64,000 nucleotides of DNA from an uncultured delta proteobacterium (lineage in GTDB: Bacteria > Myxococcota_A > Polyangia > Polyangiales > Polyangiaceae). The stretch spans positions 928,001 to 992,000 of the forward strand of contig CAVOKF010000005.1 in assembly GCA_963696385.1 (NCBI GenBank), written 5' to 3'. Positions 20,373 to 31,846 of this stretch are shown here, in pieces (positions within the stretch are counted from its first letter, which is position 1; each line of letters opens with the position of its first letter). A program made the translations under genes and the position numbers. The notes under the pieces were generated by a model. That model was not told the DNA's origin. It searched no databases and saw only the letters and a program-made list of their open reading frames with translations.

Positions 20373-21389
20373 ATGCATTACCGATTGTTCGGGCGCACGG
20401 GCCTGTACGTCTCGCAGCTTTGCTTTGGGGCGATGACCTTCGGGGGCAAGGGGTTCTGGCAGGCCATCGGCCGAACGGCGCAAGAAGAGGCCGATCGGCT
20501 GGTCGGAATCGCTCTCGACGGCGGCATCAATTTTTTCGATACCGCCGACGTCTATTCCGAGGGCGAATCGGAAACGATCCTGGGCAAAGCGCTCGGGGCT
20601 CGGCGCCGCGACGTCATCGTGGCCACCAAGGTTCGCGGGCGCACGGGACCGGGTCCAAACGACGTGGGCCTGACACGAGGGCACATCCTGTCTTCCATCG
20701 ACGCCAGTCTGAAGCGGTTGGGGACCGACTGGGTCGACCTGTATCAGATCCACGGCTTCGACCCGGTGACGCCTCTCGACGAAACGCTGAGGGCGCTCGA
20801 TGACCTGGTCCGGGCGGGCAAGGTCCGCTACGTCGGCTGCTCGAACCTGGCCGCCTGGCAGATCGCCAAGGCCAATGGACTGGCGGCCCTCCACGAATGG
20901 GAGCGGTTCGAGTCGCTGCAAGCGTACTACACGATTGCCGGTCGCGACCTCGAACGGGAGATCGTGCCGCTGCTGAACGATCAGCACATGGGTCTCATGG
21001 TGTGGAGCCCGCTCGCCGGCGGACTGCTGAGCGGCAAGTTCACGCGCGACTCCAAGGGTCCGGCGGGCGCCCGACGCGCAACGTTCGACTTTCCGCCGGT
21101 CGATCGGGCGCGCGCCTTCAATTGCATCGATGCGATGAGGAAGGTCGGCGACGACCACCGCGTGAGCGTGGCGCGGGTCGCGCTCGCCTGGTTGCTCGCG
21201 AAGCCTCACGTGACGACGATTATCGTGGGTGCCAAAGACGAGCAGCAGCTTCGTGACAACCTCGCCGTCACCGATCTGCGACTCAGTTCCGACGAAATCG
21301 CGGAGCTTGACACGATCAGCGCCCTGCCTGTGGAGTATCCCGGTTGGATGCTCGAGCGGCAGGGAAGCGATCGCGCGCTGAAGGGTTGA
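20373..21389 (+). CDS. Aldo/keto reductase
   Basis: FGAMTFG, DTADVYS, ATKV, DLYQIH, WSPLAGG; AGGAG RBS upstream. Confidence 0.95.
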   Translation: MHYRLFGRTGLYVSQLCFGAMTFGGKGFWQAIGRTAQEEADRLVGIALDGGINFFDTADVYSEGESETILGKALGARRRDVIVATKVRGRTGPGPNDVGLTRGHILSSIDASLKRLGTDWVDLYQIHGFDPVTPLDETLRALDDLVRAGKVRYVGCSNLAAWQIAKANGLAALHEWERFESLQAYYTIAGRDLEREIVPLLNDQHMGLMVWSPLAGGLLSGKFTRDSKGPAGARRATFDFPPVDRARAFNCIDAMRKVGDDHRVSVARVALAWLLAKPHVTTIIVGAKDEQQLRDNLAVTDLRLSSDEIAELDTISALPVEYPGWMLERQGSDRALKG

Positions 21390-21494
21390 TCCGGGGTCGG
21401 TCGGGGTCGGCTCGCTCGCCGTTGCCTGCGAATTTGACCGCCCCGGCGCCGCGTGCGAGCGTTTTGCCCAATGCTGAGACCGTCCGCGTGCCGA

Positions 21495-23520
21495 ATGATC
21501 CGCGCCGCGGGGGTATGGGCCATTTTCGTCGCCGCGACGGCGCGCGGCGGGGAGGCCCCTCGGGCCGCGACGGCCGCGACGAAGGACGCGCCGCCCAAGA
21601 CTCGGAGCTCGGCGAACGGCTCGAAGCCCGGACGTGGCGTCGATTCGAACGCACGTCGAGCCATCGCGGGGGGACCGACGAGCGACGACGTGGCCATGGG
21701 CGCCGAGAGCGCCGAGAATCCGCGCTCTTCGCGAGGCGGAGCGAGAGCTCTTTCCGGGGGCTTCGCCCGCCGTCGGAAGCGCCTGGCCGACTGAGCTCCG
21801 GGCCGTGCCAATCGATGGCTTGCCGAGGGTCAACGCGACCGGGCTGCCGGCGAGCGTGCCGCCGCCGCCGCCGCCCTCGTCGGACGACACGGCTCTCGGC
21901 TGGCTCGACCGTCTCGAGTTGCCGGATCTGCCGGTCCGGTGGGACGAACGCGTCGTGCGGTACTTGCAGTTCTTTCGCGACGACCCGCGCGGTCACGCGA
22001 CGTTCGCCAACTTGTACCGGCACTCGGGGCGGTGGCGCGATCTGATGCGCAGCGTGCTCCGACAGAAATCGCTTCCCGAGGACCTCGTGTGGGTCGCGAT
22101 GATCGAAAGCGGGTTCGACTCGACGGCCCACTCCTGGGCCGGCGCCGCCGGACTCTGGCAATTCATGCCCGAGACAGCCAAGATCTACGGTCTCGTTCTC
22201 GATCGCTGGGTCGATCAACGCCTGGACGCGTCGGTTGCGACGCAGGCGGCCGCGGATTTCTTGAGCGACCTGCATCGTCGCTTCGGAAGCTGGGAGCTCG
22301 CCTTGGCTGCATTCAACATGGGGTATGCGGGCCTTTCCTCGGTCGTGCGGCGGTACAACACCAATGACTTCTGGGCTTTGGCGCGAACGGAGGGCACCCT
22401 TCCATGGGAGACCACGCTTTACGTGCCGAAGGTCCTCGCGGCGGCCGTCGTCGCGCACAACCTGGCCGCGTTCGGGTTCGGCGAGATCGCCCTCGACCCT
22501 GCCGTCGATTCGGACAGTGTCACGGCTGGACCCGGAACCGCGCTTTCGACCGTCGCCCAGATCGCCGGATGCTCTGTGAAGGAGGTGGAGTCGCTCAATC
22601 CCGAGTTGCGCTCGGGTCGCACCCCACCTGCCGTCGAGGGCGCCGCCGCCTACGTCGTGAAGGTGCCGCCGGGCAAGGGGGCCAGTGTCGCGCAGGGCCT
22701 TGCACGCATCCACAAGGACCCGCCGATCCTCGAGCGCTACGTCGTGCGTTTCGGCGAAACGCTCGATCAGATCGCGGCGGCCCGCAAGACGACGACACAA
22801 CGGCTCGTCGAACTGAACGCCATCTCTCCCGGCGAGGCCGTTCGCGGCGGCAACGTCCTGCTCGTGCCTCGATTGGACCATGTCGGTTGCGCGGCGGACG
22901 CTGCTCCTCTGGGTCCGTCCGCCGGCGCGTCATCGCCCTCCGGTCAAAGGCCGACCGTCGTCGTGCCGGCGGAGGGATCCTCGTATCCGGATCGCAAGCG
23001 CGTCTTCTACCGAGTCATCGTCGGCGACACGCTCAGGGCGATTGCGAGCGCGATGCACGTGTCGCAGGACGACCTGCGGCGCTGGAACGGCCTGGATCCA
23101 AGCGCCCGGTTGCAAGAGGGCATGACGCTGCAAGCCTACGTGCTCGCGAGCACCGATCTCTCGAACGTGGTCGTCGCGTCCGAGGCCGACGTTCAGGTGC
23201 TGACAGTGGGGACGGACGAGTTCTTCGCGGCGCTCGAGCGGGAAAAAGGCTTCAAGCGGGTGACGGTCGTAGCGAAGCCAGGCGATACGATCGAATCGAT
23301 TGGACGACATTTCGACGCGTCGGCGCGCACGATGGAACGGATCAATCGGCGCGGGCGGGCAGAGGTGCTGAGGGGCGGCGAGGCCATTGTGGTGTACGTC
23401 CCCACGCGCATCGCCGATCGGCAAGACGGCAAGACGGGGGGGCGCGTGGCGGCCTGGGTAGCAGAGCCGGCCCCGAACGGGCCGCTGCCGGCGCCGCCGG
23501 TCCCTGACTTGATGCCCTAG
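21495..23520 (+). CDS. MltD-like lytic transglycosylase with LysM repeats; one-base frameshift near 21717
   Basis: MIESGF, AAGLWQF, AAFNMG, ETTLYVPK, several LysM segments. The signal peptide MIRAAGVWAIFVAATARG lies in another frame and joins the main ORF if one A of GAGAATC is removed. Confidence 0.88.
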
Positions 23521-23611
23521 AGCGACCGCGACTTCGAGCTCGGGTCGACAGCGAGCTTACAGCGAGCTCGACCTCGACGGCGCCGTGCTAAACCATGGGT
23601 GCACGGCGGAT

Positions 23612-25030
23612 ATGTTGACGACGACAGCCATCGTGCTTGCCGCGGGGCACGGTACCCGCATGAAGAGTGCGATGCCCAAGGTGCTGCATCGCGTATGCGG
23701 ACTCCCGATCGTCCACTTCGTGGTGCAGGCGGCGCTCGACGCGGGTTGCGGCGAGGTGATCGTCGTGGTCGGGCACCGGCGCGAGCAGGTGGAGGAGTAC
23801 CTCGCGCAGACCTTCGGCGGCCGCGTGCGTACGGCGGTGCAGGCGCGGCAGCGGGGGACCGGCGACGCCGCGGGTGTCGGGCTCGCCGCTACGAGCGATC
23901 GCGCGGAGCGCGTTCTGGTCGTGAACGGCGATGTGCCGCTCGTCCGCGGTGAAGACTTGCGCGCGGTCGCTCGGCCACTCGACGAGGGCCAAGCCTCCGC
24001 CGGTCTGTCGCTGGCTACGTGCAAAGTCGACGATTCGACCGGTTACGGGCGCGTACTGCGCCGAGACGGCAAGGTCGTGGCGATTCGGGAGCACCCCGAT
24101 TTGCGCAATGACGATGAGCGGAGTGTGCGCGAGATCAACGCCGGCATTTACGCGGGTTCGGTCGCCCTGTTTCGAGCCGCGCTTGAGTCGCTCGTGCCCG
24201 ACAACGCGCAAGGAGAGCTTTATCTCACCGATATCGTTGCGTTTGCATCTCGCGCCGGAGAGAACGTGGCCACGGTGACGCTCGGCGCCGACGTGCTTTC
24301 GGGGGTCAATGATCGCGAACAGCTCGTGCAGATCGAGCGGGCCATGCACGCGCGCATGCTGCGTGGCTTTCGGCTGGCCGGTGCGACGATCCGCGATGGC
24401 GTCCGCCTCGACGCCCGGGTCGTCATCGAGCCCGACGCGACCATCGAGGCCGGCGCTGTCCTGCGCGGCACGACGAAGGTGGAGCGCGGCGCGCTGGTCG
24501 ACGTCGGTTGCGTGCTCACGAACGTTCTTGTGGGGGCCGACGCCGTGGTCAGGCCGTACACCGTCGGCACGGACGCTCGCATCGGCGCTCGCGCGCACGT
24601 GGGTCCCTTTGCTCATATTCGGCCGGACAGCGACCTCGGGGAGGAAGCCCACGTCGGCAATTTCGTGGAGACCAAGAAGACAAAAATGGGTCGGGGCGCG
24701 AAGGCCAACCACCTCGCCTACCTGGGAGACGGCGTGATCGGCGACGGCGCAAACATTGGAGCCGGGACGATATTTTGCAATTACGACGGCGTGCAAAAGC
24801 ACACGACGACGATCGGCCCCGGCGCCTTCATCGGGAGCGATTCGCAGCTCGTGGCTCCGGTGACGGTCGGCGCGGGGGCCTACGTGGCGACCGGCACGAC
24901 GGTCACCCGAGACGTCCCGCCCGATGCGTTGTCGATCGGCCGTACCAAGCAGGTCAACAAGGAAGGGTACGCTTCGCGGATCCGAGCACGCTTCAAGGCC
25001 GAGAAAGAGGCGAAGGGTCGGGTCAAGTAG
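23612..25030 (+). CDS. glmU: Bifunctional UDP-GlcNAc pyrophosphorylase / GlcN-1-P acetyltransferase
   Basis: LAAGHGTRMKS, GDVP, EINAG, YLTD, GNFVETK, NYDG. Confidence 0.98.
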   Translation: MLTTTAIVLAAGHGTRMKSAMPKVLHRVCGLPIVHFVVQAALDAGCGEVIVVVGHRREQVEEYLAQTFGGRVRTAVQARQRGTGDAAGVGLAATSDRAERVLVVNGDVPLVRGEDLRAVARPLDEGQASAGLSLATCKVDDSTGYGRVLRRDGKVVAIREHPDLRNDDERSVREINAGIYAGSVALFRAALESLVPDNAQGELYLTDIVAFASRAGENVATVTLGADVLSGVNDREQLVQIERAMHARMLRGFRLAGATIRDGVRLDARVVIEPDATIEAGAVLRGTTKVERGALVDVGCVLTNVLVGADAVVRPYTVGTDARIGARAHVGPFAHIRPDSDLGEEAHVGNFVETKKTKMGRGAKANHLAYLGDGVIGDGANIGAGTIFCNYDGVQKHTTTIGPGAFIGSDSQLVAPVTVGAGAYVATGTTVTRDVPPDALSIGRTKQVNKEGYASRIRARFKAEKEAKGRVK

Positions 25031-25090
25031 GCGGCCGATCTCGCCAACGGGTGCTATCCCACCAACCTGACTTCGGACCCATAACAACGA

Positions 25091-26374
25091 ATGGACGCCA
25101 TCGTCATCCGGGGGGGGGGACCGCTCTGCGGCTCCGTTCGAATCAGCGGAGCCAAGAACGCCGCGTTGCCGATTCTGTGCGCGACACTGCTTTCGGACGG
25201 TGCGAGCCGGCTGCGAAACGTCCCCGCGCTGCGCGACATCGAGACGACGGCCGCCCTTCTGCGATTCTTGGGGCGCCAGGTGGTCGTCGCGACTCCGGAG
25301 GTCGACGTGGCCGCAGGATCCAGCGTTCGCCCCGAGGCGCCGTACGAGCTCGTGAAGCAGATGCGCGCAAGCGTTCTGGTGCTCGGCCCGCTCGTGGCTC
25401 GATTTGGTCATGCGAAGGTCTCGTTGCCCGGAGGCTGCGCGATTGGCGCGCGGCCGATCGATCAGCACCTGAAGGGGCTGGAAGCGATGGGATGCGCCAT
25501 TCGCCTCGAGCAGGGGTACGTCGTGGCGGAGGGCCCGGGCGGTCGCGGGCGTCTGCGCGGCAGCGAGATTTGCTTCGATATTCCAACGGTGACCGGCACC
25601 GAGAACCTGATGATGGCGGCGGCGCTGGCCAAGGGGCGAACGACGCTGGTCAATTGCGCTCGAGAGCCGGAGGTCGAAGAGCTCGGTCGCGTGCTCAACA
25701 AGATGGGTGCCGAAGTGGACGGGGCCGGGACCGACGTCATCCACATTCGCGGTTCGGAGCGGGGCGAGCTTGCCCCGTTCGACCATGCGATCATCTCGGA
25801 CCGGATCGAGGCGGGCACCTACATGATCGCCGCGGCCATCTCCGCAGGGAGCGACGTCATCGTCGAGCGGGCGGAGCTCGGTGACCTGGAGGCCCTGGTG
25901 GTCAAGTTGCGTGCGGCCGGCGTCGAGGTCGCCAGCGAAGGACTGAACGTTCGTGTTCGGCGCGTGGGACCGCTCCGCGCCGTCAACGTGACGACGGCGC
26001 CCCATCCCGGTTTCCCGACCGACATGCAGGCGCAGTTCCTCGTGTTGATGTGCTGCGCCCGCGGCGAGAGCGTCATCAGCGAGACCATCTTCGAGAACCG
26101 GTTCATGCACGTGCCCGAGCTGCAGCGCATGGGAGCGAGTATCGCGTTGCGTAGCAACACCGCGGTCGTTCAGGGCGTAGGCAAGCTATACGGAGCGAGC
26201 GTCATGGCCACGGACTTGCGGGCGAGCGCTTCTTTGGTCATTGCGGGCCTCGTCGCCGACGCCGAGACCGAGGTGAGGCGCGTGTATCACATCGACCGAG
26301 GCTACGAGCGAATCGAGGAAAAGCTGCGCGGGTTGGGAGCTCGCATCGAGCGCGTCAAAGGCGCGGAGTCATGA
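25091..26374 (+). CDS. murA: UDP-GlcNAc 1-carboxyvinyltransferase
   Basis: [43 protein letters not shown]. Confidence 0.98.
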   Translation: MDAIVIRGGGPLCGSVRISGAKNAALPILCATLLSDGASRLRNVPALRDIETTAALLRFLGRQVVVATPEVDVAAGSSVRPEAPYELVKQMRASVLVLGPLVARFGHAKVSLPGGCAIGARPIDQHLKGLEAMGCAIRLEQGYVVAEGPGGRGRLRGSEICFDIPTVTGTENLMMAAALAKGRTTLVNCAREPEVEELGRVLNKMGAEVDGAGTDVIHIRGSERGELAPFDHAIISDRIEAGTYMIAAAISAGSDVIVERAELGDLEALVVKLRAAGVEVASEGLNVRVRRVGPLRAVNVTTAPHPGFPTDMQAQFLVLMCCARGESVISETIFENRFMHVPELQRMGASIALRSNTAVVQGVGKLYGASVMATDLRASASLVIAGLVADAETEVRRVYHIDRGYERIEEKLRGLGARIERVKGAES

Positions 26375-27063
26375 GCGTGCTGACGGTTGCGTTGCCCAAA
26401 GGCCGTGTGCTTCGCGCGGTGGCCCCGCTGTTCGCTCGAGCTGGAGCCGACTCCACGGTGCTGCTCGCCGACGATCGGACCCTCGTTCGGGAGTCGCCCT
26501 CCGCCGGACTGCGCTTTCTTTTGCTCAAGCCCGACGATGTGCCCACGTACGTCGAGTACGGCGCCGCGGACGTGGGGGTTTGCGGGCGCGACGTGCTGCT
26601 CGAACGGGCCTGCGAGGTCTATCAACCGCTCGATTTGGGGGTCGGTCGGTGCCGAATGGTGGTTGCGGGCATTGCCGGACGCGCAGAGCCCATGGGCGTT
26701 CCGCGGGTCGCGACCAAGTACCCACGGTGCGCGGCGCAGCATTTCGCCCGTCGCGGCGTGCAGGCCGAAGTCATCTACGTTCAGGGATCGGTCGAGTTGG
26801 CCCCGATCACGGGGCTTTCCGATCTCATCGTCGACCTCGTCGAGACGGGGGCGACTCTCGCGCAGAACGGACTCGAAGAACGCGAGGACGTCGCGGTCAT
26901 CTCGAGCGTTCTCATCGCCAATCGGGCCGCCTTCAAGCTTCGGCACGACCGAGTGCGGTTGCTGATCGACGCGTTGGCGGACGCCGTCCTGTCCCAGGCG
27001 CTCGCGTCGAGCGATAAGGGCAGGAGGCCACAGGAAGACGCAAAGGCGGCAAACACGGACTGA
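26371..27063 (+). CDS. hisG: ATP phosphoribosyltransferase, short form
   Basis: [40 protein letters not shown] overlap with murA. Confidence 0.96.
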   Translation: MSVLTVALPKGRVLRAVAPLFARAGADSTVLLADDRTLVRESPSAGLRFLLLKPDDVPTYVEYGAADVGVCGRDVLLERACEVYQPLDLGVGRCRMVVAGIAGRAEPMGVPRVATKYPRCAAQHFARRGVQAEVIYVQGSVELAPITGLSDLIVDLVETGATLAQNGLEEREDVAVISSVLIANRAAFKLRHDRVRLLIDALADAVLSQALASSDKGRRPQEDAKAANTD

Positions 27064-27143
27064 GTTGTGCACTCGAGGCGCGCTTTCCGTGACCGTCCTC
27101 CTGTGATCCTCTCGCTGTCGGTGTCGGGGGACGAGGACCCGCG

Positions 27144-27407
27144 CTAGCCTTCGAGCAGCGCGTCGGATGCCGAGTCGCGCGTCGCCGATCGCGCGCGGAT
27201 CGGTGGGTCGGCGATTTCGGGCCGGCGTTCGTACGGCTCCCATTCGCGGACCTGAAGCGTTCCGTTGACCGGAACGGCGTCCAGCCGGATGTTGAGCGAA
27301 CCATCGCGGTTGGTGAAGCCGACGCCGACGCGAACCCAGTAGGATTTGCCTTGGCCTCGGTCGATGATGGTGTAGACGGATTTCATATTCTTCGAATTGT
27401 CTTCCAT
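27144..27407 (-). CDS. Small hypothetical protein (87 aa), predicted beta-rich, possibly nucleic-acid binding
   Basis: KSYWVRVGVGFTNRDGSLNIRLDAVPVNGTLQVRE; GGAG RBS upstream. Confidence 0.75.
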   Translation of the reverse strand: MEDNSKNMKSVYTIIDRGQGKSYWVRVGVGFTNRDGSLNIRLDAVPVNGTLQVREWEPYERRPEIADPPIRARSATRDSASDALLEG

Positions 27408-27618
27408 AGCGATCTCCATTCGGATCCATCGGGAATGCGCCCGAGTGCGCATCGCGGCAGATTCCGTTTGCGAGCCCCGTGCCGCGCCGATGCGGCCAAA
27501 ATTCGCGGTCCCCTGGCGATGGCGTCCCGTCCCGGACGGACCGGAACCGTCCCGGGCCGTGTGCTCGGATGGCCGGACGTCGCGGGCCGCTGGGCTCCCC
27601 GGGGCGCGCCGAGACGGT

Positions 27619-28443
27619 CTAGCCCAGGAGCTTCGCGACCAGGGCGCGCCAGCCGGTCGCGGCGCGAAGAGGCTCGGCCGACGCGATGCATAGGAGGGCG
27701 GCGGTGAGGTTGTCCGGCGTGCGCCGCGCGTTGGCTCGCTCGATGAGCGCGGAGCATGCTGCGTCCGAATCCGTGCCGCTCGCGATCTCGAGCAACTCTC
27801 GGTCGGAAAGAACGTTGTAGAGCCCGTCGCTGCAGACCAGCAGCTTGTCGCCACTCGTGACCGGGAACGAAATCCGGTCGACAGCGGCGATGAGCTCCCG
27901 CCCGAGACTGCGCGTGAGCGTGGAACGGTCGGGGTGATCCTTCATGCGGTCGGCGCGCACGAGGCCCATGCGCCGCTTGTCGGCCGCGACGGTGTGGTCC
28001 TTCGTTTTCTGAACGATGCGGCCGGCGCGAATCAAATACAGGCGTGAATCGCCGACATGCGCGGCGTGCGCGAAGCTGCCGTCGACGACGACCGCCGTGA
28101 GCGTCGTCGACATGCCACGCAGTTCGGTGACGATCAGCGCGCGGTCGTGGACCTCGATGTTGGCCTTCTGCACGGCGCGGGAAAGGCGCTTGGCTGGCCC
28201 CCACGACGCCGGGCTCTGCCGGTACGCGCGGAGAGTCACGTCGATCGCGGTTTGGCTGGCGATCTCGCCCCCTTCGAGACCGCTCACGCCGTCGGCCACG
28301 GCGACGAGAACGTGCCTTTCGCTTTCGATGTGGACGCCGCACGCGTCCTCGTTGTGAGGGCGCTCGGTGCCCGTGTCCGAGCGCGTCGCGAAACGGACCG
28401 CGCCTTGGGCGCGGTCGTCTTGAGTCACGGTGGCCATCGCCAT
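27619..28443 (-). CDS. PP2C-family Ser/Thr phosphatase
   Basis: RPHNED, VADGVSG, HVGDSR, CSDGL, DNLT. Confidence 0.95.
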   Translation of the reverse strand: MAMATVTQDDRAQGAVRFATRSDTGTERPHNEDACGVHIESERHVLVAVADGVSGLEGGEIASQTAIDVTLRAYRQSPASWGPAKRLSRAVQKANIEVHDRALIVTELRGMSTTLTAVVVDGSFAHAAHVGDSRLYLIRAGRIVQKTKDHTVAADKRRMGLVRADRMKDHPDRSTLTRSLGRELIAAVDRISFPVTSGDKLLVCSDGLYNVLSDRELLEIASGTDSDAACSALIERANARRTPDNLTAALLCIASAEPLRAATGWRALVAKLLG

Positions 28444-28659
28444 CTCGAGATGACTATTCCACATTCGGCCCCACGGCGAGAGTCATGTAAAAGAAACGTA
28501 GCGCGGACGAGGTCGCCCGACGGGATCTTCGATTGGAAACGCATCCGAAACAGACAGAGAAGATTCGCGTTGCGAATAAACTGAATCGCCCGCGCAATTG
28601 TCCGGAAACATCCGGGAGGTAGGCTCGCGCGTCGTCGTCACCAACCAGGGGACAGCAAC

Positions 28660-30549
28660 ATGCCGGACATAACGAAACCAGCGGACTCTGGACCGTCCAC
28701 GAGCCGCGCTACGCTCGGTCTGACCGGGCTCACCATCAACGCAATGGCCCTGATCGCGCCTGGCGCGTTTCTGTGGCTTACTTTCCAGATTCAGGCGCTG
28801 TACGGGGCGCCCATGGCCGGAAGCGCCATGTGGTTCGGAATCGTGTTTGCGCTCCTTCTCTGCCTCGCTACGGCAATCAGTTACGCCGAGCTCTCGAAGC
28901 TCTATCCGGGCGCCGGCTCTTCGTACTTCTTCGCCGAGCAGGCCTTCCTATCGAAAACCCACGCGTACAAGTTCGCGCGGCTGGCCAAGTTCATGACCGG
29001 CTGGGCGAGCCACCTGTACTACTGGGTTTACCCGGGGTGCATGGTCGGGGTGACCGCCCTGATCAGCGGATACCTGTTGAACCAGTTTTTCCCGGACACG
29101 TTTAGCGGCAGCTTCAACAGCCCGCTTTTCATGTACCTGTTCTGTTGGGTGTTCGCGATCGGCGTCGCCTATATCGCATTCCGTGGCGTCTCCGGGACGA
29201 CGACGGTCAACATGGCAATCAATGCCATTCAGATTTCGGCCCTCATCGTATTTGCGATCATCGCCATCGCCTATCGAGTCCAGCACCCCGAAGGTTCGCA
29301 AGGCTTTCAGCTGAAGAACGGCACCCCCATCGACTACGTGGTGGCTCAGGAGCCGGTCGTCGTCGACGGTAAGCCGAAGCTCGACGACTCTGGACATCCG
29401 GTCTTGCAGGACAAGATGGACGAAAAGACGGGCGACCCGGTGCCTGAAATGAAGGGCGGCAAGCCCGTCCCGTTCATCCTGAGCTACGCGCCCGACCAAG
29501 CGACCACGATGGATCCGGTCGACGCCGACCATCCGAAGGACCTCACCCCGCACTTCCAGTTCCACACCGGTGCGGCGTCGGTGGTCGCGCCCCACGGGTT
29601 CTCGTTCATGTTCATTCAGGCGTGCGTCGCCATTCTGATTCTGGTCGGCTTCGAGTCGGTCACGTCGATGGGCGAAGAGGCGAAAAACGCCAAGCGTGAC
29701 ATCCCAAGAGCGGTCATCCTGTCGCTGCTCATTCAGGGGCTCGTCTGTTACCTGTTCGAATACTTCGCCGCGAACTACATGCTGAACTCGGGTTACACGC
29801 TGACCAACGCTGGCGCATCCGGCGCCCCGATCGGCGACCTGATGGTGATCGCGGGCACATGGCTCTTCGGCTCCTATTCGGCCGGTCGAGCGTTCATGCT
29901 GATCCAGGCGTTCACCGTCTTTCTAGCGCTCATCGGCACGACGCTCTCCTGCTTGTCCACCGGCGCTCGCGTGACGTATGCCATGGGGCGCGACGAAGAA
30001 GTCCCGTCTCACTTCGGCATGCTCCACGGCACGACCCTGACGCCGCATCGCGCCATCTGGACGCTGGCCATCCTGTCCGCGGTGCTCGGCATGATCACCG
30101 TCACCGTCTACCTCGGCGGAACGACGCCCGCGCCGCTCGACGCGAAGTACCACAACCTTTGGTACGCCGTCGGCCTCTTCAACCCGGACGTCATCGCAAA
30201 GCTGCCGAACACGCTGGTCATCATCACGCTCATCAGCAACTTCGGGACGTTTCTCCTCTACATGATGACGTGCATCATCTGCATCGTGGCGTTCCAAGAG
30301 CACCACATGTTCCATGGCTTCAAACACATGGTGGTCCCGATCTTCGGGCTCATCGCGAATCTCGCTTGCATGCTCTTTTATCTCGTCGGCCCGTTCATGG
30401 TCAGCGGGATGAGCCTGAAGGAGCCGTACATCGCGCTCGGCATCTGCGCGATCTGGGGCGTCTTCGGCGCCATCTATTTCCTCCGGGCGAGTAAATCCAA
30501 AGCCAAGCCGGTGATTCTTTCGGAGAAGCCTGTGGCTGTCTCGTCTTAG
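28660..30549 (+). CDS. APC-family amino acid/polyamine permease with a large hydrophilic insertion
   Basis: About 12 hydrophobic segments; YAELSKLYPGAGSSY, GFESVTSMGEEAKN, ARVTYAMGRD. Confidence 0.92.
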   Translation: MPDITKPADSGPSTSRATLGLTGLTINAMALIAPGAFLWLTFQIQALYGAPMAGSAMWFGIVFALLLCLATAISYAELSKLYPGAGSSYFFAEQAFLSKTHAYKFARLAKFMTGWASHLYYWVYPGCMVGVTALISGYLLNQFFPDTFSGSFNSPLFMYLFCWVFAIGVAYIAFRGVSGTTTVNMAINAIQISALIVFAIIAIAYRVQHPEGSQGFQLKNGTPIDYVVAQEPVVVDGKPKLDDSGHPVLQDKMDEKTGDPVPEMKGGKPVPFILSYAPDQATTMDPVDADHPKDLTPHFQFHTGAASVVAPHGFSFMFIQACVAILILVGFESVTSMGEEAKNAKRDIPRAVILSLLIQGLVCYLFEYFAANYMLNSGYTLTNAGASGAPIGDLMVIAGTWLFGSYSAGRAFMLIQAFTVFLALIGTTLSCLSTGARVTYAMGRDEEVPSHFGMLHGTTLTPHRAIWTLAILSAVLGMITVTVYLGGTTPAPLDAKYHNLWYAVGLFNPDVIAKLPNTLVIITLISNFGTFLLYMMTCIICIVAFQEHHMFHGFKHMVVPIFGLIANLACMLFYLVGPFMVSGMSLKEPYIALGICAIWGVFGAIYFLRASKSKAKPVILSEKPVAVSS

Positions 30550-30552
30550 GGA

Positions 30553-30679
30553 CCCGATCACCCCGAGCGCTCGCTCCGCCTCGACTCGCTTCGCTCGCTA
30601 GGCTCCGCTCTCGCCGAACCGGTACGTGCGACCCGTCGAGGGGAGCGAATGCCGCTCCCCTCGAGCTCCTCAGCAGGAG
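30553..30679 (+). repeat. REP/MITE-like intergenic element, copy 1 (partial extra copy at about 30726-30761)
   Basis: GATCACCC.GAGCGC..CGCTCCGCCTCG...GGCTCCGCTCTCGC followed by the perfect 12-bp hairpin TCGAGGGGAGCG-AATGC-CGCTCCCCTCGA; matches 39722-39853 and 63238-63398. Confidence 0.85.
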
Positions 30680-30802
30680 CTGTGGGGAACTTTGTCGGGC
30701 TGGGGACCCCGGTGTGGGAACCTTTATCACCCTGAGCGCCTCGACTCGCTTCGCTCGCTCGTTGGGGGGGCCTGGCGCTCGATTGGACGGACCGTGATAG
30801 AG

Positions 30803-31846
30803 ATGCGCTCGCGCATGCGCGAGATCATCCAGGGCGACCGTCTCGACCAGTACGAGCTGACCGAGCTTCTCGCCCGAAGCGGCATGGCCTCCATTTTCAA
30901 GGCCATCGACCAGCGGACGGGATCGACCGTCGCCGTGAAGGTGCCGCACATGCAGTACGAGAGCGACGTCGCGTTCTTCGAACGGTTCCGTCGAGAGGAG
31001 CAAATCGGTCAGAAGCTCGAGCATCCGAACATCGTTCGGGTGCTGTCGCCGGAAAAAAAGAGCCGCATGTATCTGGTGATGGAGTTCGCCGAAGGGCGTT
31101 CCCTTCGGGCCGTCACCAAGGGGCAGCGCCGCTTACCGGTGTCCGAAGCGCTCGACATCGCAGCCCAGATTGGTCGCGCACTCGTCTACATGCACGCCCA
31201 GGGCGTCGTGCATCGCGATCTCAAACCCGACAACGTTCTCTTGGGAGCCGACGGCCAGATCAAGCTTCTCGACTTCGGGATCGCGATGGACGAGGCCGCG
31301 CGGCGCCTCACATGGTTCGGGCTTTCGCCGCCGATGGGTACCCCCGACTACATGGCACCCGAGCAGGTCAGGGGTCGGCGGGGCGACGCGCGGACCGATG
31401 TCTACGCACTCGGCACGCTGCTCTACGAAATGATCGCCGGTGAGCTGCCGTACACCGCCGGCAACATCCACGCGATGATGCGCGCGAAACTCAACGAGGA
31501 CCCCCGACCCCTTCGGGACCTCGTGCACGACGTGGATCCCAAGGTGGAAGAAATCGTCATGCGCGCGATCGCGCGGTCGCCTCGCGAGCGTTATCCGTCG
31601 GCCAAGGACATGCTCGTCGACCTCGAGAACCCTTCGCAGGTCATTCCGCAGGACCGTTCGGCTCACGAAGTGCCTCACTTGATCGATCGGCTTCGCTTTC
31701 CACGTCGGATCGTTGCGCCCATGGTCTTGGCGCTCGTGATTGGCACGTTGCTCGTGCTCACGTGGGCCAGCGGTCATTCTTCGCGGCGTCGCGATCCGCC
31801 GGCCCCGGCGACGATCGCGCCCCCGAGCGCGAGCGCAAGCCCGTGA
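30803..31846 (+). CDS. Ser/Thr protein kinase with C-terminal TM helix
   Basis: [31 protein letters not shown]; hydrophobic [19 protein letters not shown]. Confidence 0.93.
   Translation: MRSRMREIIQGDRLDQYELTELLARSGMASIFKAIDQRTGSTVAVKVPHMQYESDVAFFERFRREEQIGQKLEHPNIVRVLSPEKKSRMYLVMEFAEGRSLRAVTKGQRRLPVSEALDIAAQIGRALVYMHAQGVVHRDLKPDNVLLGADGQIKLLDFGIAMDEAARRLTWFGLSPPMGTPDYMAPEQVRGRRGDARTDVYALGTLLYEMIAGELPYTAGNIHAMMRAKLNEDPRPLRDLVHDVDPKVEEIVMRAIARSPRERYPSAKDMLVDLENPSQVIPQDRSAHEVPHLIDRLRFPRRIVAPMVLALVIGTLLVLTWASGHSSRRRDPPAPATIAPPSASASP

Noticed and set aside
20223..21890. N-terminal 556-aa extension of the 1138-aa kinase ORF
   Set aside because: Antisense to the aldo/keto reductase; the kinase more plausibly starts at MKACPHC (20222).
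25110..25119. G10 homopolymer in murA as a phase-variation tract
   Set aside because: In frame (encodes RGGG) in a normally essential gene; no sign of slippage.
23588..26110. 840-aa minus-strand ORF
   Set aside because: Antisense shadow of glmU-murA.
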